Shown here in pieces: positions 27,497 through 35,326 of a stretch of 64,000 nucleotides of DNA. Numbering within the stretch: the first letter of the stretch is position 1; each line of letters opens with the position of its first letter. This DNA comes from an uncultured Gemmatimonadales bacterium (GTDB taxonomy: Bacteria > Gemmatimonadota > Gemmatimonadetes > Longimicrobiales > Longimicrobiaceae): positions 3,968,001 through 4,032,000 of the forward strand of contig OY970303.1 in NCBI GenBank assembly GCA_963716255.1. The letters run 5' to 3'. Position numbers and translations under genes: made by a program. The notes beneath the pieces are model-generated. The model saw only the letters and a list, made by a program, of their open reading frames with translations. It did no database searches and was not told where the DNA came from.

Positions 27497-28456
27497 CTAC
27501 GCCCCGGCGGCCGTAGCCGGCCTGCGCCTCCGCCGCGCCGCGCCGGCCAGGCCCGCCAGGCCGCTGCCGAGCAGCAGCACGGTGGCCGGCTCCGGGACCG
27601 GGGCCACGGCCGTCATGTCGTAGGAGTCGTTGAACGTCATGCTGGCCACGCCCTGGGGCACGGCCAGCGAGGTGGAAAAGACTTCCGTGGCCGACAGCAC
27701 GAACCGGCCGGCGGAGTCGGAGACGAAGCTCCTGTACAGCATCTGCTCGATCGCAGAGTCGGACAGTCCCAGCGCGTCGTTGCTCACGAAGTCGATGCTC
27801 AACGCGCCGCCGGAGGTCCAGATGCTCAGGGCGAAGAGCGATTCCAGCCCGGCGACGTCGCTCCGCAGGTCCGTGAACAGCGAGGCGAACCCTTCGCCGC
27901 TCGCCTCGAGCACGAGCTGCTCGAACAGGAAGGACATCTCGATCATCTCACCGGAAACGATCTCCTCGTAGGTCAGGGGGTCTTTTTGGCTGGCCGATGC
28001 CTCCGCGTCGGTGGTCGCCGACGCCTCCGCCAGGACCTTCGCCTCCCAGATCGCCCGGAGCCCGTTCACGATGGGAGGATTGCCCTTCGAAATGGGCTCT
28101 CCGGTGACCTTGCCCTCGGATGAGGCTTTCGCGCCGCCCATTTCCGCCTCCAGCGGACCATCCGAGACGCTTCCACCGCTCGCCGGAGGAGGATCGACGG
28201 TCAGGATCCGCCCTACGACGGGGGCAGGGTCCTGCTTGTTGGCCCCCGCCCTGGAGAGCAGGTCCACGCTGGCGTCCTTGTTCGCCTTCACCACCGCCGT
28301 GGCCGTCGTCGGGCCGATCTTGCGGCTGGCCTTTCCTTGCCCGGCTCCCCTGGAGACCGATTGCGCCTCCAGCGAACCCACCTGCGGAAGGGAGAAAAGT
28401 GCAAGGACGAATACGAGCACGCCGCTTCTCGTGCGTGCGGAGGAGAGCCATCGCAT
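27497..28456 (-). CDS. Secreted PEP-CTERM sorting-domain protein
   Basis: Signal peptide; C-terminal VPEPATVLLLGSGLAGLAGAARRRRR; AGGAGG RBS. Confidence 0.85.
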   Translation of the reverse strand: MRWLSSARTRSGVLVFVLALFSLPQVGSLEAQSVSRGAGQGKASRKIGPTTATAVVKANKDASVDLLSRAGANKQDPAPVVGRILTVDPPPASGGSVSDGPLEAEMGGAKASSEGKVTGEPISKGNPPIVNGLRAIWEAKVLAEASATTDAEASASQKDPLTYEEIVSGEMIEMSFLFEQLVLEASGEGFASLFTDLRSDVAGLESLFALSIWTSGGALSIDFVSNDALGLSDSAIEQMLYRSFVSDSAGRFVLSATEVFSTSLAVPQGVASMTFNDSYDMTAVAPVPEPATVLLLGSGLAGLAGAARRRRRPATAAGA

Positions 28457-28707
28457 CGTTCACCTCCTGAAGGAGTGTTGCAAAACGAGCGTCCTTCGGC
28501 TTCTTTGGGGGTACCTGCAGGGCAGACCGGCTTCCAGTTCGCTCTGGCTTTTGCTCCTCGTCTGAGGGTTGGAGGGAGCGGGCGATGGCTCGACCGCGGC
28601 ATCGCCAGCAATCAGGATTGATAACGAGGGAACTTGTGTGGGCAAGGATCACGTGGCCCGGGAACGCCCCGGTCCGTCCCGCCCTAACCCGGCGATACAC
28701 GAAAAGA

Positions 28708-28738
28708 GACCGGGGCACCCGAAATGGATGCCCCGGTC
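28708..28738 (-). terminator. Terminator after the cold-shock gene
   Basis: GACCGGGGCA...TGCCCCGGTC, followed by a T-run on the minus strand. Confidence 0.7.
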
Positions 28739-28767
28739 CCGCGCAAACCGTGATGTGGGCTTGCTTC

Positions 28768-28977
28768 TCAAGCCATGCGGACGACGTTCTCGGCGGCCGG
28801 GCCCTTCTCGCCGTCGACCATGTCGAACTCGACCCGCTCACCCTCGGTGAGCGAGCGGAAGCCCTCCGCCTTGATGGCGGAGAAGTGGACGAAGCAGTCG
28901 CGGTTGCCGTCTTCCGGCGTGATGAAGCCGAAGCCCTTGGCGTCGTTGAACCACTTCACGGTTCCGATGGTGCGCAT
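28768..28977 (-). CDS. Cold-shock protein
   Basis: [37 protein letters not shown]. Confidence 0.96.
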   Translation of the reverse strand: MRTIGTVKWFNDAKGFGFITPEDGNRDCFVHFSAIKAEGFRSLTEGERVEFDMVDGEKGPAAENVVRMA

Positions 28978-29080
28978 TGCGGTACTCCTGGTGGGTTGAA
29001 TGTGTCGGGGACCGGCAAAACCCCACCAGCCGACCGACGAACTTCGCCGCGCGGCGCGCGGCCCTGCGGGAATCGCGCTG

Positions 29081-29290
29081 TTACAACTGCCCCGCGCGGC
29101 GGGCGACCCTGAGATCCTTCTGGCGGCGCCGGAGAGCGGCCTTGGACTTGACCTTGCGGGCTTCGCTCGGCTTTTCGTAGAAGCGCTTGCGGCGCATGTC
29201 CTTGAAGAGCCCGGAGCGGAGCATGCGGCGGCGGAACTGCTTGAGCGCCCAGTCCAGGCGATCGTTCTCACCGAGCTGAATCTCGACCAA
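29081..29290 (-). CDS. rpsU: 30S ribosomal protein S21
   Basis: ALKQFRR...[23 protein letters not shown] before TTG. Confidence 0.92.
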   Translation of the reverse strand: MVEIQLGENDRLDWALKQFRRRMLRSGLFKDMRRKRFYEKPSEARKVKSKAALRRRQKDLRVARRAGQL

Positions 29291-29426
29291 CGACGCCTCC
29301 AGGCTGGATTCCGGTGCGGAGAAGGGGACAGCTTGAAACGAGGAACCCGGGTACGGGAGCACCCGGGTCGTTGCGTGGGCATCACGAAGCGAGAACTGGC
29401 GGAGTTTCCACTCGACGCAGGAGGCC

Positions 29427-29455
29427 AAAATAATCGGCTCCCCCCTGCTCGTCAA
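29427..29455 (-). promoter_or_regulatory. Sigma70-type promoter of rpsU-csp
   Basis: Minus strand TTGACG-17 nt-TATTTT. Confidence 0.6.
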
Positions 29456-29527
29456 CTCTCTCGTGAAAGCTCCTCCTCCTCGCCCACCGCGGGCTCCGGT
29501 GGAGTCCGCCTTCGCGCCCGGCAAAAG

Positions 29528-29559
29528 CCGAGGCCGCATCCCTCGGGATGCGGCCTCGG
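29528..29559 (-). terminator. Terminator after the second HU gene
   Basis: CCGAGGCCGCATCCC-TC-GGGATGCGGCCTCGG followed by CTTTT on the minus strand. Confidence 0.7.
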
Positions 29560-29588
29560 TCCTCGCCGGCGCCCGCCGCCCGTGCCCG

Positions 29589-30158
29589 CTACTTCTTCGC
29601 GGACTTCGTGCCGCCGGTCTTGGCGGCGCCCTTGGTGGCGCCCTTGGTGGCGCCCTTGGTGGCGCCCTTGGTGGCCGAGCCGGCGCTCTTGGCGGCGCCG
29701 CTGCCGGCGCCGGCCGACTTGGCCGGGGTGGAGGACTTCTTCGCGGTGCTCTTGGTGGCCGCGGCAGCGCCCGACGAGGAAGCGGAGGGCGACTTGGTGG
29801 CTCCGCCGGCCGCCTTGCGCGCCGAGCCCGCCGTGCGGCTCTTTGCCGTGGCTCCCGCCCCGCCCCCTGCGCTCCCGGACATGGTGTCCTTGAACCCCTT
29901 GCCGGGCGAGAAGCTCACGGTGGTGCGCTCCGGAATCTGGATCACCGTGCCCGTGCGGGGGTTGCGCCCCTCGCGCGCCGCCCGGGTCTTGCTGCTGAAC
30001 TTGCCGAACCCGGGGATGGAAAGGCTACCGGCCGTGCGTACCGCCTCCGAGATGGCCCCGCCCGCCGTGTCGAAGATCGCATCCACCACGCGCGCTGCGG
30101 CCGCCTTGCTCATCTCGGCTCTCTCGGCTACCAGCTCGATGAATTGCGATTTTTTCAT
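29589..30158 (-). CDS. HU-family protein with a ~95-aa Ala/Lys/Ser/Thr/Gly-rich C-terminal tail
   Basis: MKKSQFIE..GFGKF..AAREGRNPRTG..FSPGK, then a low-complexity tail containing (ATKG)4. Confidence 0.9.
   Translation of the reverse strand: MKKSQFIELVAERAEMSKAAAARVVDAIFDTAGGAISEAVRTAGSLSIPGFGKFSSKTRAAREGRNPRTGTVIQIPERTTVSFSPGKGFKDTMSGSAGGGAGATAKSRTAGSARKAAGGATKSPSASSSGAAAATKSTAKKSSTPAKSAGAGSGAAKSAGSATKGATKGATKGATKGAAKTGGTKSAKK
29628..29675. repeat. 12-bp tandem repeat x4 (GCCCTTGGTGGC), coding ATKG
   Basis: Four perfect copies. Confidence 0.95.
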
Positions 30159-30385
30159 GATGGGCCTCCCGGGGGCGGTGGGTGAAGCGGTGTTTCCGCC
30201 TCGCCCGAAGACAGATGCAATCTCGGTTCCACTTTTCCGCGCCATCACTGGATTCCCGCGGGGTGGCGCCGTCCACGTCCCACCCGAAAGTGCAGGAGCC
30301 GCCCCGATTTCCGCGGGGCGGCTCCTGTTCGTGCTTTCGTAAACTGTTGCTGCACGCTGATTTACGATGTTTTGGCGCGGCCTGG

Positions 30386-31372
30386 TCAGCGGCGGTTGAA
30401 GCCGGTGCGGAAGGAGTCCATCACCTTGCGGGCTCCCTCCGCGGCCTGCCCCATGGTCTCGCCGAAGGTTTCGCGGGCGCTGTCGCGGTAGGCGCGCGCC
30501 GCCTCGGCGAGGTCGTCGCGGTACGAGGCCTCGGGCTCGCCGCGCCGCCGGTACTCGCCGCGCAGGATGCGGTCGTAGTCGCCGCTCTCGAACCAGCTGC
30601 GCATCTCGGCCACGCGGATGACGGGGAAAGGGTGCGTCAGGTCCAGCGTGTTGAGCACCTTGAACACCTGGTCCACCAGGTCGCCCTGCTGCCGGTAGTC
30701 GTCGGCCTGGCGGATGAACTCGGGGAGGTTGGTCTGCCCGTCGCGCCCGCCGCCGGCGAACTTGAGCATGGTGTTCATGGCGGCGTCGGGGTCCTGGACG
30801 GCCAGCAGCCCGGCGCGGTCGCACGACAGCTCGGCCTTGCGGTACCACTCCATGAGCGCGGCGAGCACCGCGCGCGCCGCCAGCCCCACGATGGGAAAGC
30901 CCATGTTGGCGAGCTGGAGGAGGATGTACATCATGGTGCGGTACAGCGCGTGCCCGCTCATGACGTGCCCCAGCTCGTGCCCCAGGATGAAGACGAGCTC
31001 GCGCTCGCTCAGCAGCGCCAGCGTCCCCGAGTTGACGGTGATGAAGGGCTTCTCCATCCCCCAGGCGCCGGCGTTGACCATGGGGGTCTGCGTCACGTAC
31101 AGCGGGTACTCGGCCGGGGCGTCCAGGACGCGCGCGGCCTCCTGGTAGAGGCGGTGGACTTCCGGGAACTGGGTGGGGGAGACGCGTACGGCGTTGGCCT
31201 GGAAGGCCAGCCGGATGGGGCGCTCCCCGAAGAAGCCGAAGACCTTCCTGAGCACCTCGTCGAAGCCGGGGACGCGGCGCAGGGCGTTCAGCGCGGCGCG
31301 GTCGGCCGGGTGTTCCCAGCTGCACGAATCGATGTCGGTGAGCACCCGCGGGGTGCGGCTCAGCTCGTTCAT
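30386..31372 (-). CDS. M48-family zinc metallopeptidase
   Basis: WEHPADRAAL, NAGA.G, GHELGH, ELSCDRAG, THPFPV.R. Confidence 0.9.
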   Translation of the reverse strand: MNELSRTPRVLTDIDSCSWEHPADRAALNALRRVPGFDEVLRKVFGFFGERPIRLAFQANAVRVSPTQFPEVHRLYQEAARVLDAPAEYPLYVTQTPMVNAGAWGMEKPFITVNSGTLALLSERELVFILGHELGHVMSGHALYRTMMYILLQLANMGFPIVGLAARAVLAALMEWYRKAELSCDRAGLLAVQDPDAAMNTMLKFAGGGRDGQTNLPEFIRQADDYRQQGDLVDQVFKVLNTLDLTHPFPVIRVAEMRSWFESGDYDRILRGEYRRRGEPEASYRDDLAEAARAYRDSARETFGETMGQAAEGARKVMDSFRTGFNRR

Positions 31373-31651
31373 GGGACTCCTGGAGGGGTGAGGGGCGCCC
31401 CCGCCGTGGGGCGGCGCAGGGGGCACTACGGGCGTCCCCGGCGCCCGGTTTCGGCGGGCGCGCGCACCCGGCAATAGTGCGGCGGCGCGGCCCCGGGGGC
31501 AAGCGCAGCCCGGGCTCGGGCCTGTCGCAGGCGGAACTTTCGACTTAGCTTGCCGGTATCGTTCGTGTGCCGTCCGCCCCGCCGGACGCCGCACGGATCC
31601 CCAGCCGGTCTGTCCGCGGTCCCGCTTTCCTTTTCCAAACCGGAGACATCC

Positions 31652-32182
31652 ATGCGCCATCGGATCTCGGCACTCTTCGCGGCCCTCCTGGCTCTCGCGT
31701 TCGTCGCGCCCGCTCCGGGCAGCGCACAGGGCGCCGCCGCGCTGAACGGCACCTTCACGTACAACGCCGCCGCCAGCGACAACATCAACGCGGCGATCAA
31801 CGCGACGGTGCGGGACATGAACTTCGCGCTGCGGCCCATCGCGCGCGGGCGCCTGCGGAAGACGAACCAGCCGTACCAGCGGCTCCAGATCTCCCACACG
31901 CCGCAGCAGGTGTCCGTCATCACCGACACCCGCCGCCCCATCGTGTCGCCGGCCAACGGGACGCCCGTGGACTGGACGCGCGAGGACGGCGAGAAGCTGA
32001 AGGTGAGCACGGTGTGGCAGGGGAGCACGCTGGAGCAGACCTTCAAGGCCGAGGACGGCCAGCGGGTGAACGACTACTCCGTCAGCTCGGACGGGCGAAC
32101 CCTGACCATGCGCGTCACGGTCACCAGCCCGCGCCTGAAGAAGCCCCTCACCTACAAGCTGGTCTACAACCGCGCGTCATAG
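31652..32182 (+). CDS. Secreted hypothetical beta-rich protein
   Basis: Signal peptide ending SAQ; GGAG RBS; GC3-rich codon pattern. Confidence 0.8.
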   Translation: MRHRISALFAALLALAFVAPAPGSAQGAAALNGTFTYNAAASDNINAAINATVRDMNFALRPIARGRLRKTNQPYQRLQISHTPQQVSVITDTRRPIVSPANGTPVDWTREDGEKLKVSTVWQGSTLEQTFKAEDGQRVNDYSVSSDGRTLTMRVTVTSPRLKKPLTYKLVYNRAS

Positions 32183-32202
32183 CGCGGTCGCGGCTCCGGC
32201 AG

Positions 32203-32246
32203 GAAACGAGAACGGTCCCACCGCGCGGTGGGGCCGTTCTCGTTTC
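32203..32246 (+). terminator. Long terminator-like hairpin
   Basis: GAAACGAGAACGGTCCCACCG-CG-CGGTGGGGCCGTTCTCGTTTC. Confidence 0.7.
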
Positions 32247-32493
32247 TGCATCCTGGAGCTTCTTCGTCCGGCCGGACAGAACTACGGCGCGCTCCGGCAA
32301 GCTCCGGTGTCTGTGGTCGGCCGGGGGAGGCTCCTCCGGCAGTGCGACACCCGAAGGGACTCGCAGAGCACTCGCCCACCCTCCCAGTGAAGGCACGATC
32401 ACGCTGGCTTCGAACAAACGCACTGCCTGCGGACCCTCCCCCGACCTCCCGGCGAGCATCGCAGGAACGGCAACGGCCCCGGACCGACAGAAA

Positions 32494-32548
32494 CCCTCCC
32501 CCAGACTTGGGGGAGGGTGGCGAGCTTCAAGCGAGCCGGGTGGGGGCC
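32494..32548 (+). repeat. REP-like element, long form
   Basis: CCCTCCCCCAGACTTGGGGGAGGGTGGCGAGC...GCCGGGTGGGGGCC; related to 51203-51256 (minus) and 54044-54100. Confidence 0.8.
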
Positions 32549-32573
32549 TCCTGCGGACGCCAGCACAATGCCC

Positions 32574-32700
32574 GCGTGAGGGATTTCGGCCCGAAGGGGC
32601 GAGACCGCGCGGCTGTTTGCGCGGGCTCGACTCCGTTGGGCTGCGTTGTTTGCAGCCCTACGGAGCCGAAGCCCGACCCCGCGCCAGCGGGGGCACGCCC
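32574..32700 (+). repeat. Structured repeat family B, copy 2
   Basis: Nearly identical to 55588-55716; last hairpin one base pair shorter on both arms. Confidence 0.92.
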
Positions 32701-32728
32701 AAATTTGCTGTTGAAGTCCGTTGAAGAA

Positions 32729-33481
32729 TCACCCGGTGACCTCCGCCTTGCGATCGGGATGGACGGCTCCTTCGTCGGCGGGCTCGGCGGGGAGGAGCGC
32801 GGACACGACGCCCGGCCGGCTTTCCCAGGCGTCGAACACCTCGGCGTAGCGCAGCCCGAACGGCGCCGCCACGCTGCGCAGGCGCTGGTCGAACCAGTCC
32901 GGGTCGCCGAAGCGGATGCGCTCGAAGTAGAAGCGCGCCAGCTCGTGGATGCCGTCCAGGTACGGCTCCACGTCCACGGCGACGGCGGGAAGCGGGGAGT
33001 GCACGTCGCGCAGCGTGAACACCGGCGCCAGCTCGCGGTGCGGCGGCGCGGGGGCCACCACCTTGGCGATGCGCGCCAGCGTGACGGCGTCGCGGAAGAT
33101 CCTGCCGCAGGCCTGGTGGTCGGGGTGGCGCATGCCGCGAAGCCACCCGTCGCCCCAGGTGAGGATGCCGTCCGGCTTCACCTCGGCGATCACTTTCGCT
33201 ACCTCGCGCGCGGCCTCCACGGTGGATTCCAGGCGCGTGTCGCGGAAGCTCATGAACTGGGTCTCCACGCCCAGGATCTTCCCCGCGCGGCGCCCCTGCT
33301 CCTCGCGCAGGCGCGCCACCTCGCTCTCGGGGATGGGCCCGAAGGCTTCCGTCATCTCGCCGCGCGTAAGCCAGACGACCACCACGCGGTCGCCGCGCGC
33401 CTTCTGGGCGAGGATGGTCCCCGCGGCGCCCACCTCGTCGTCGGGGTGGGCGAGCCCCACCAGCAGCGTCTTCCCGGCCAT
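32729..33481 (-). CDS. PIG-L/LmbE-family deacetylase
   Basis: AHPDDE, TRGE, R.E, HPDH. Confidence 0.9.
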   Translation of the reverse strand: MAGKTLLVGLAHPDDEVGAAGTILAQKARGDRVVVVWLTRGEMTEAFGPIPESEVARLREEQGRRAGKILGVETQFMSFRDTRLESTVEAAREVAKVIAEVKPDGILTWGDGWLRGMRHPDHQACGRIFRDAVTLARIAKVVAPAPPHRELAPVFTLRDVHSPLPAVAVDVEPYLDGIHELARFYFERIRFGDPDWFDQRLRSVAAPFGLRYAEVFDAWESRPGVVSALLPAEPADEGAVHPDRKAEVTG

Positions 33482-33663
33482 GTCGTCTCCGTCTCCGGTT
33501 CGGTCGGTCCGCCGTCCCGTTCGCGGCGGCGTCCCCTGAGTTAGCGCGGCGCGGGGCCGCCGGGCAAGGGGCGCGCCGGGTCGCGGCGGCTCGACCCCGC
33601 CGCTGGTGCGGAGCGTGCGTCGACGGGCGTGGACGGCGCGACACCCCGGAGGGAGACGGTACG

Positions 33664-33876
33664 ATGCCGACGCAGAAGCTGCGGGTGCGTGGACTCAGGC
33701 GGGAGGACGAGGCGCGGGTCACGGCGCGGCTGCGGGCGCTGCCGGGCGTGTACTTCGCCATGCTGAACTGCGGCGCGGAGTGCGCCGAGGTGGACTTCGA
33801 GGACGACCGCGTGTCGCTGGAGGAGATCCGCGCGGCGGTGCGCGAGTGCGGCTACGAGGCGGAAATCGCCGGCTGA
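33664..33876 (+). CDS. HMA-fold small protein lacking the CxxC motif
   Basis: L.V.GL....ARV...L..LPGV....V.FE...VSLEEI..AV..CGY; GGAGGGAG RBS. Confidence 0.7.
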   Translation: MPTQKLRVRGLRREDEARVTARLRALPGVYFAMLNCGAECAEVDFEDDRVSLEEIRAAVRECGYEAEIAG

Positions 33877-33984
33877 GCAGCGGCCACGGCGGCTGCCGCG
33901 TTCATCGCACGCTTGATTTTCGGGATGTGTTCGGGATAACTTGAATCCAGGACATCTCCTCGACTCAAGGCGTGGCCGCAGCTC

Positions 33985-35046
33985 ATGGAACTCATTCCGA
34001 TCCGGGGACGTGGAGCCAGCCACAACCCGCCCAATCGCTTCGAGAAGCTCCACGTGGAGCTGGAGCCCATCCCCGGCGACCCCGACGATCCGGAGCCGCA
34101 GCCGAGCACGCAGTATTTCCGCGACCAGGCAAGGAGCATCCTCGCGCGCAACAACAGCCCGGACATCCCGTTCAACGTGAGCATCAACTGCTACCGCGGC
34201 TGTTCCCACGGGTGCATCTACTGCTATGCGCGGCCGAACCACGAGTTCCTGGGCTTTTCCGCCGGGCTCGACTTCGAGACCCGGATCATGGTGAAGGAGG
34301 ATGCGCCCGAGCTTCTCCGGCGCGAGCTGTCGTCGCCGCGGTGGCGGCCGGAAGTCATCGCCATGAGCGGGGTCACCGATCCGTACCAGCCGGTCGAGCG
34401 CAGGCTGGGACTCACGCGGGGGTGCCTGGAGGTCCTCGCCGAGGCCCGGAACCCGGTCAGCATCGTGACCAAGAACCATCTCGTCACGCGCGACATCGAC
34501 CTCCTGGGCGAGCTGGCCCGGGTCGGAGCGGCGCTGGTCTTCCTGTCCATCACGACGCTGGACCCCAAGCTCCAGCGGGTGATGGAGCCCCGCACGTCCA
34601 TTCCGACCCGCCGGCTCGATGCGATCCGCGAGCTGGCGGCGGCGGGGATCCCGACGGGGGTGATGGTCGCACCCGTGATTCCCGGCCTGACCGACCACGA
34701 GATGCCGGCCATCCTGGAGGCCGCGGCGCAGGCCGGGGCCCGGTCCGCCGGCTACGTTCCGATCCGGCTTCCGTTCGCGGTGAAGGATCTCTTCGAGCAG
34801 TGGCTGGAGCAGCATTTCCCGGATCGCAAGAGCAAGGTGCTGAACCGGATCCGGGAGCTGCGGGGGGGCAGGCTGAACGATGCGCAGTTCCACGAGCGCA
34901 TGCGGGGCGAGGGAGTCTGGGCAGCCCACCTGAAGCAGGTCTTCGATACGACCTGCCGGCGGCTGGGAATCAACGAGCGGAGCCTCGCGCTGTCGACGGA
35001 GGCGTTCCGCAGGATCGGCAGGGGTCCCCAGTACGACCTCTTCTAG
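33985..35046 (+). CDS. PA0069-family (SplB-like) radical SAM protein
   Basis: RGRGA..NP.NRFE, N.SPDIPF..SIN.YRGCSHGCIYCYARP.H, TDPYQP.ER. Confidence 0.92.
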   Translation: MELIPIRGRGASHNPPNRFEKLHVELEPIPGDPDDPEPQPSTQYFRDQARSILARNNSPDIPFNVSINCYRGCSHGCIYCYARPNHEFLGFSAGLDFETRIMVKEDAPELLRRELSSPRWRPEVIAMSGVTDPYQPVERRLGLTRGCLEVLAEARNPVSIVTKNHLVTRDIDLLGELARVGAALVFLSITTLDPKLQRVMEPRTSIPTRRLDAIRELAAAGIPTGVMVAPVIPGLTDHEMPAILEAAAQAGARSAGYVPIRLPFAVKDLFEQWLEQHFPDRKSKVLNRIRELRGGRLNDAQFHERMRGEGVWAAHLKQVFDTTCRRLGINERSLALSTEAFRRIGRGPQYDLF

Positions 35047-35245
35047 GGTCTGCCGGATCGGATCTCCGGCACGAGGATCGCGGCGGGCGGGAAGGCCGCG
35101 ACAAAAAAGCGTGGCAGGGGCGGAAGCCCGTGCCACGCTCTGTTTTCCAGGACTGGCCGACGGCCGGTGCAGCGGGCTCGTCATCCCCGGCGGACAGGGA
35201 GTGTGCGTACGCATCCCTCGCCACTCTCAGCTTATAGCATACCGG

Positions 35246-35264
35246 GGGACTTGCGGCAAGGCCC
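35246..35264. promoter_or_regulatory. Rifamycin-associated element (RAE)
   Basis: 19-bp imperfect palindrome GGGACTTGCGGCAAGGCCC, 62 nt upstream of rph; matches the RAE as I recall it (GGGGCTTGCGGCAAGGCCC). Confidence 0.82.
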
Positions 35265-35326
35265 GGGTGGGGCTGCAGAGTTGTCGGCCGAAAAAATCCC
35301 GGAGAACGTAAACAGGGAGGGAGCGG

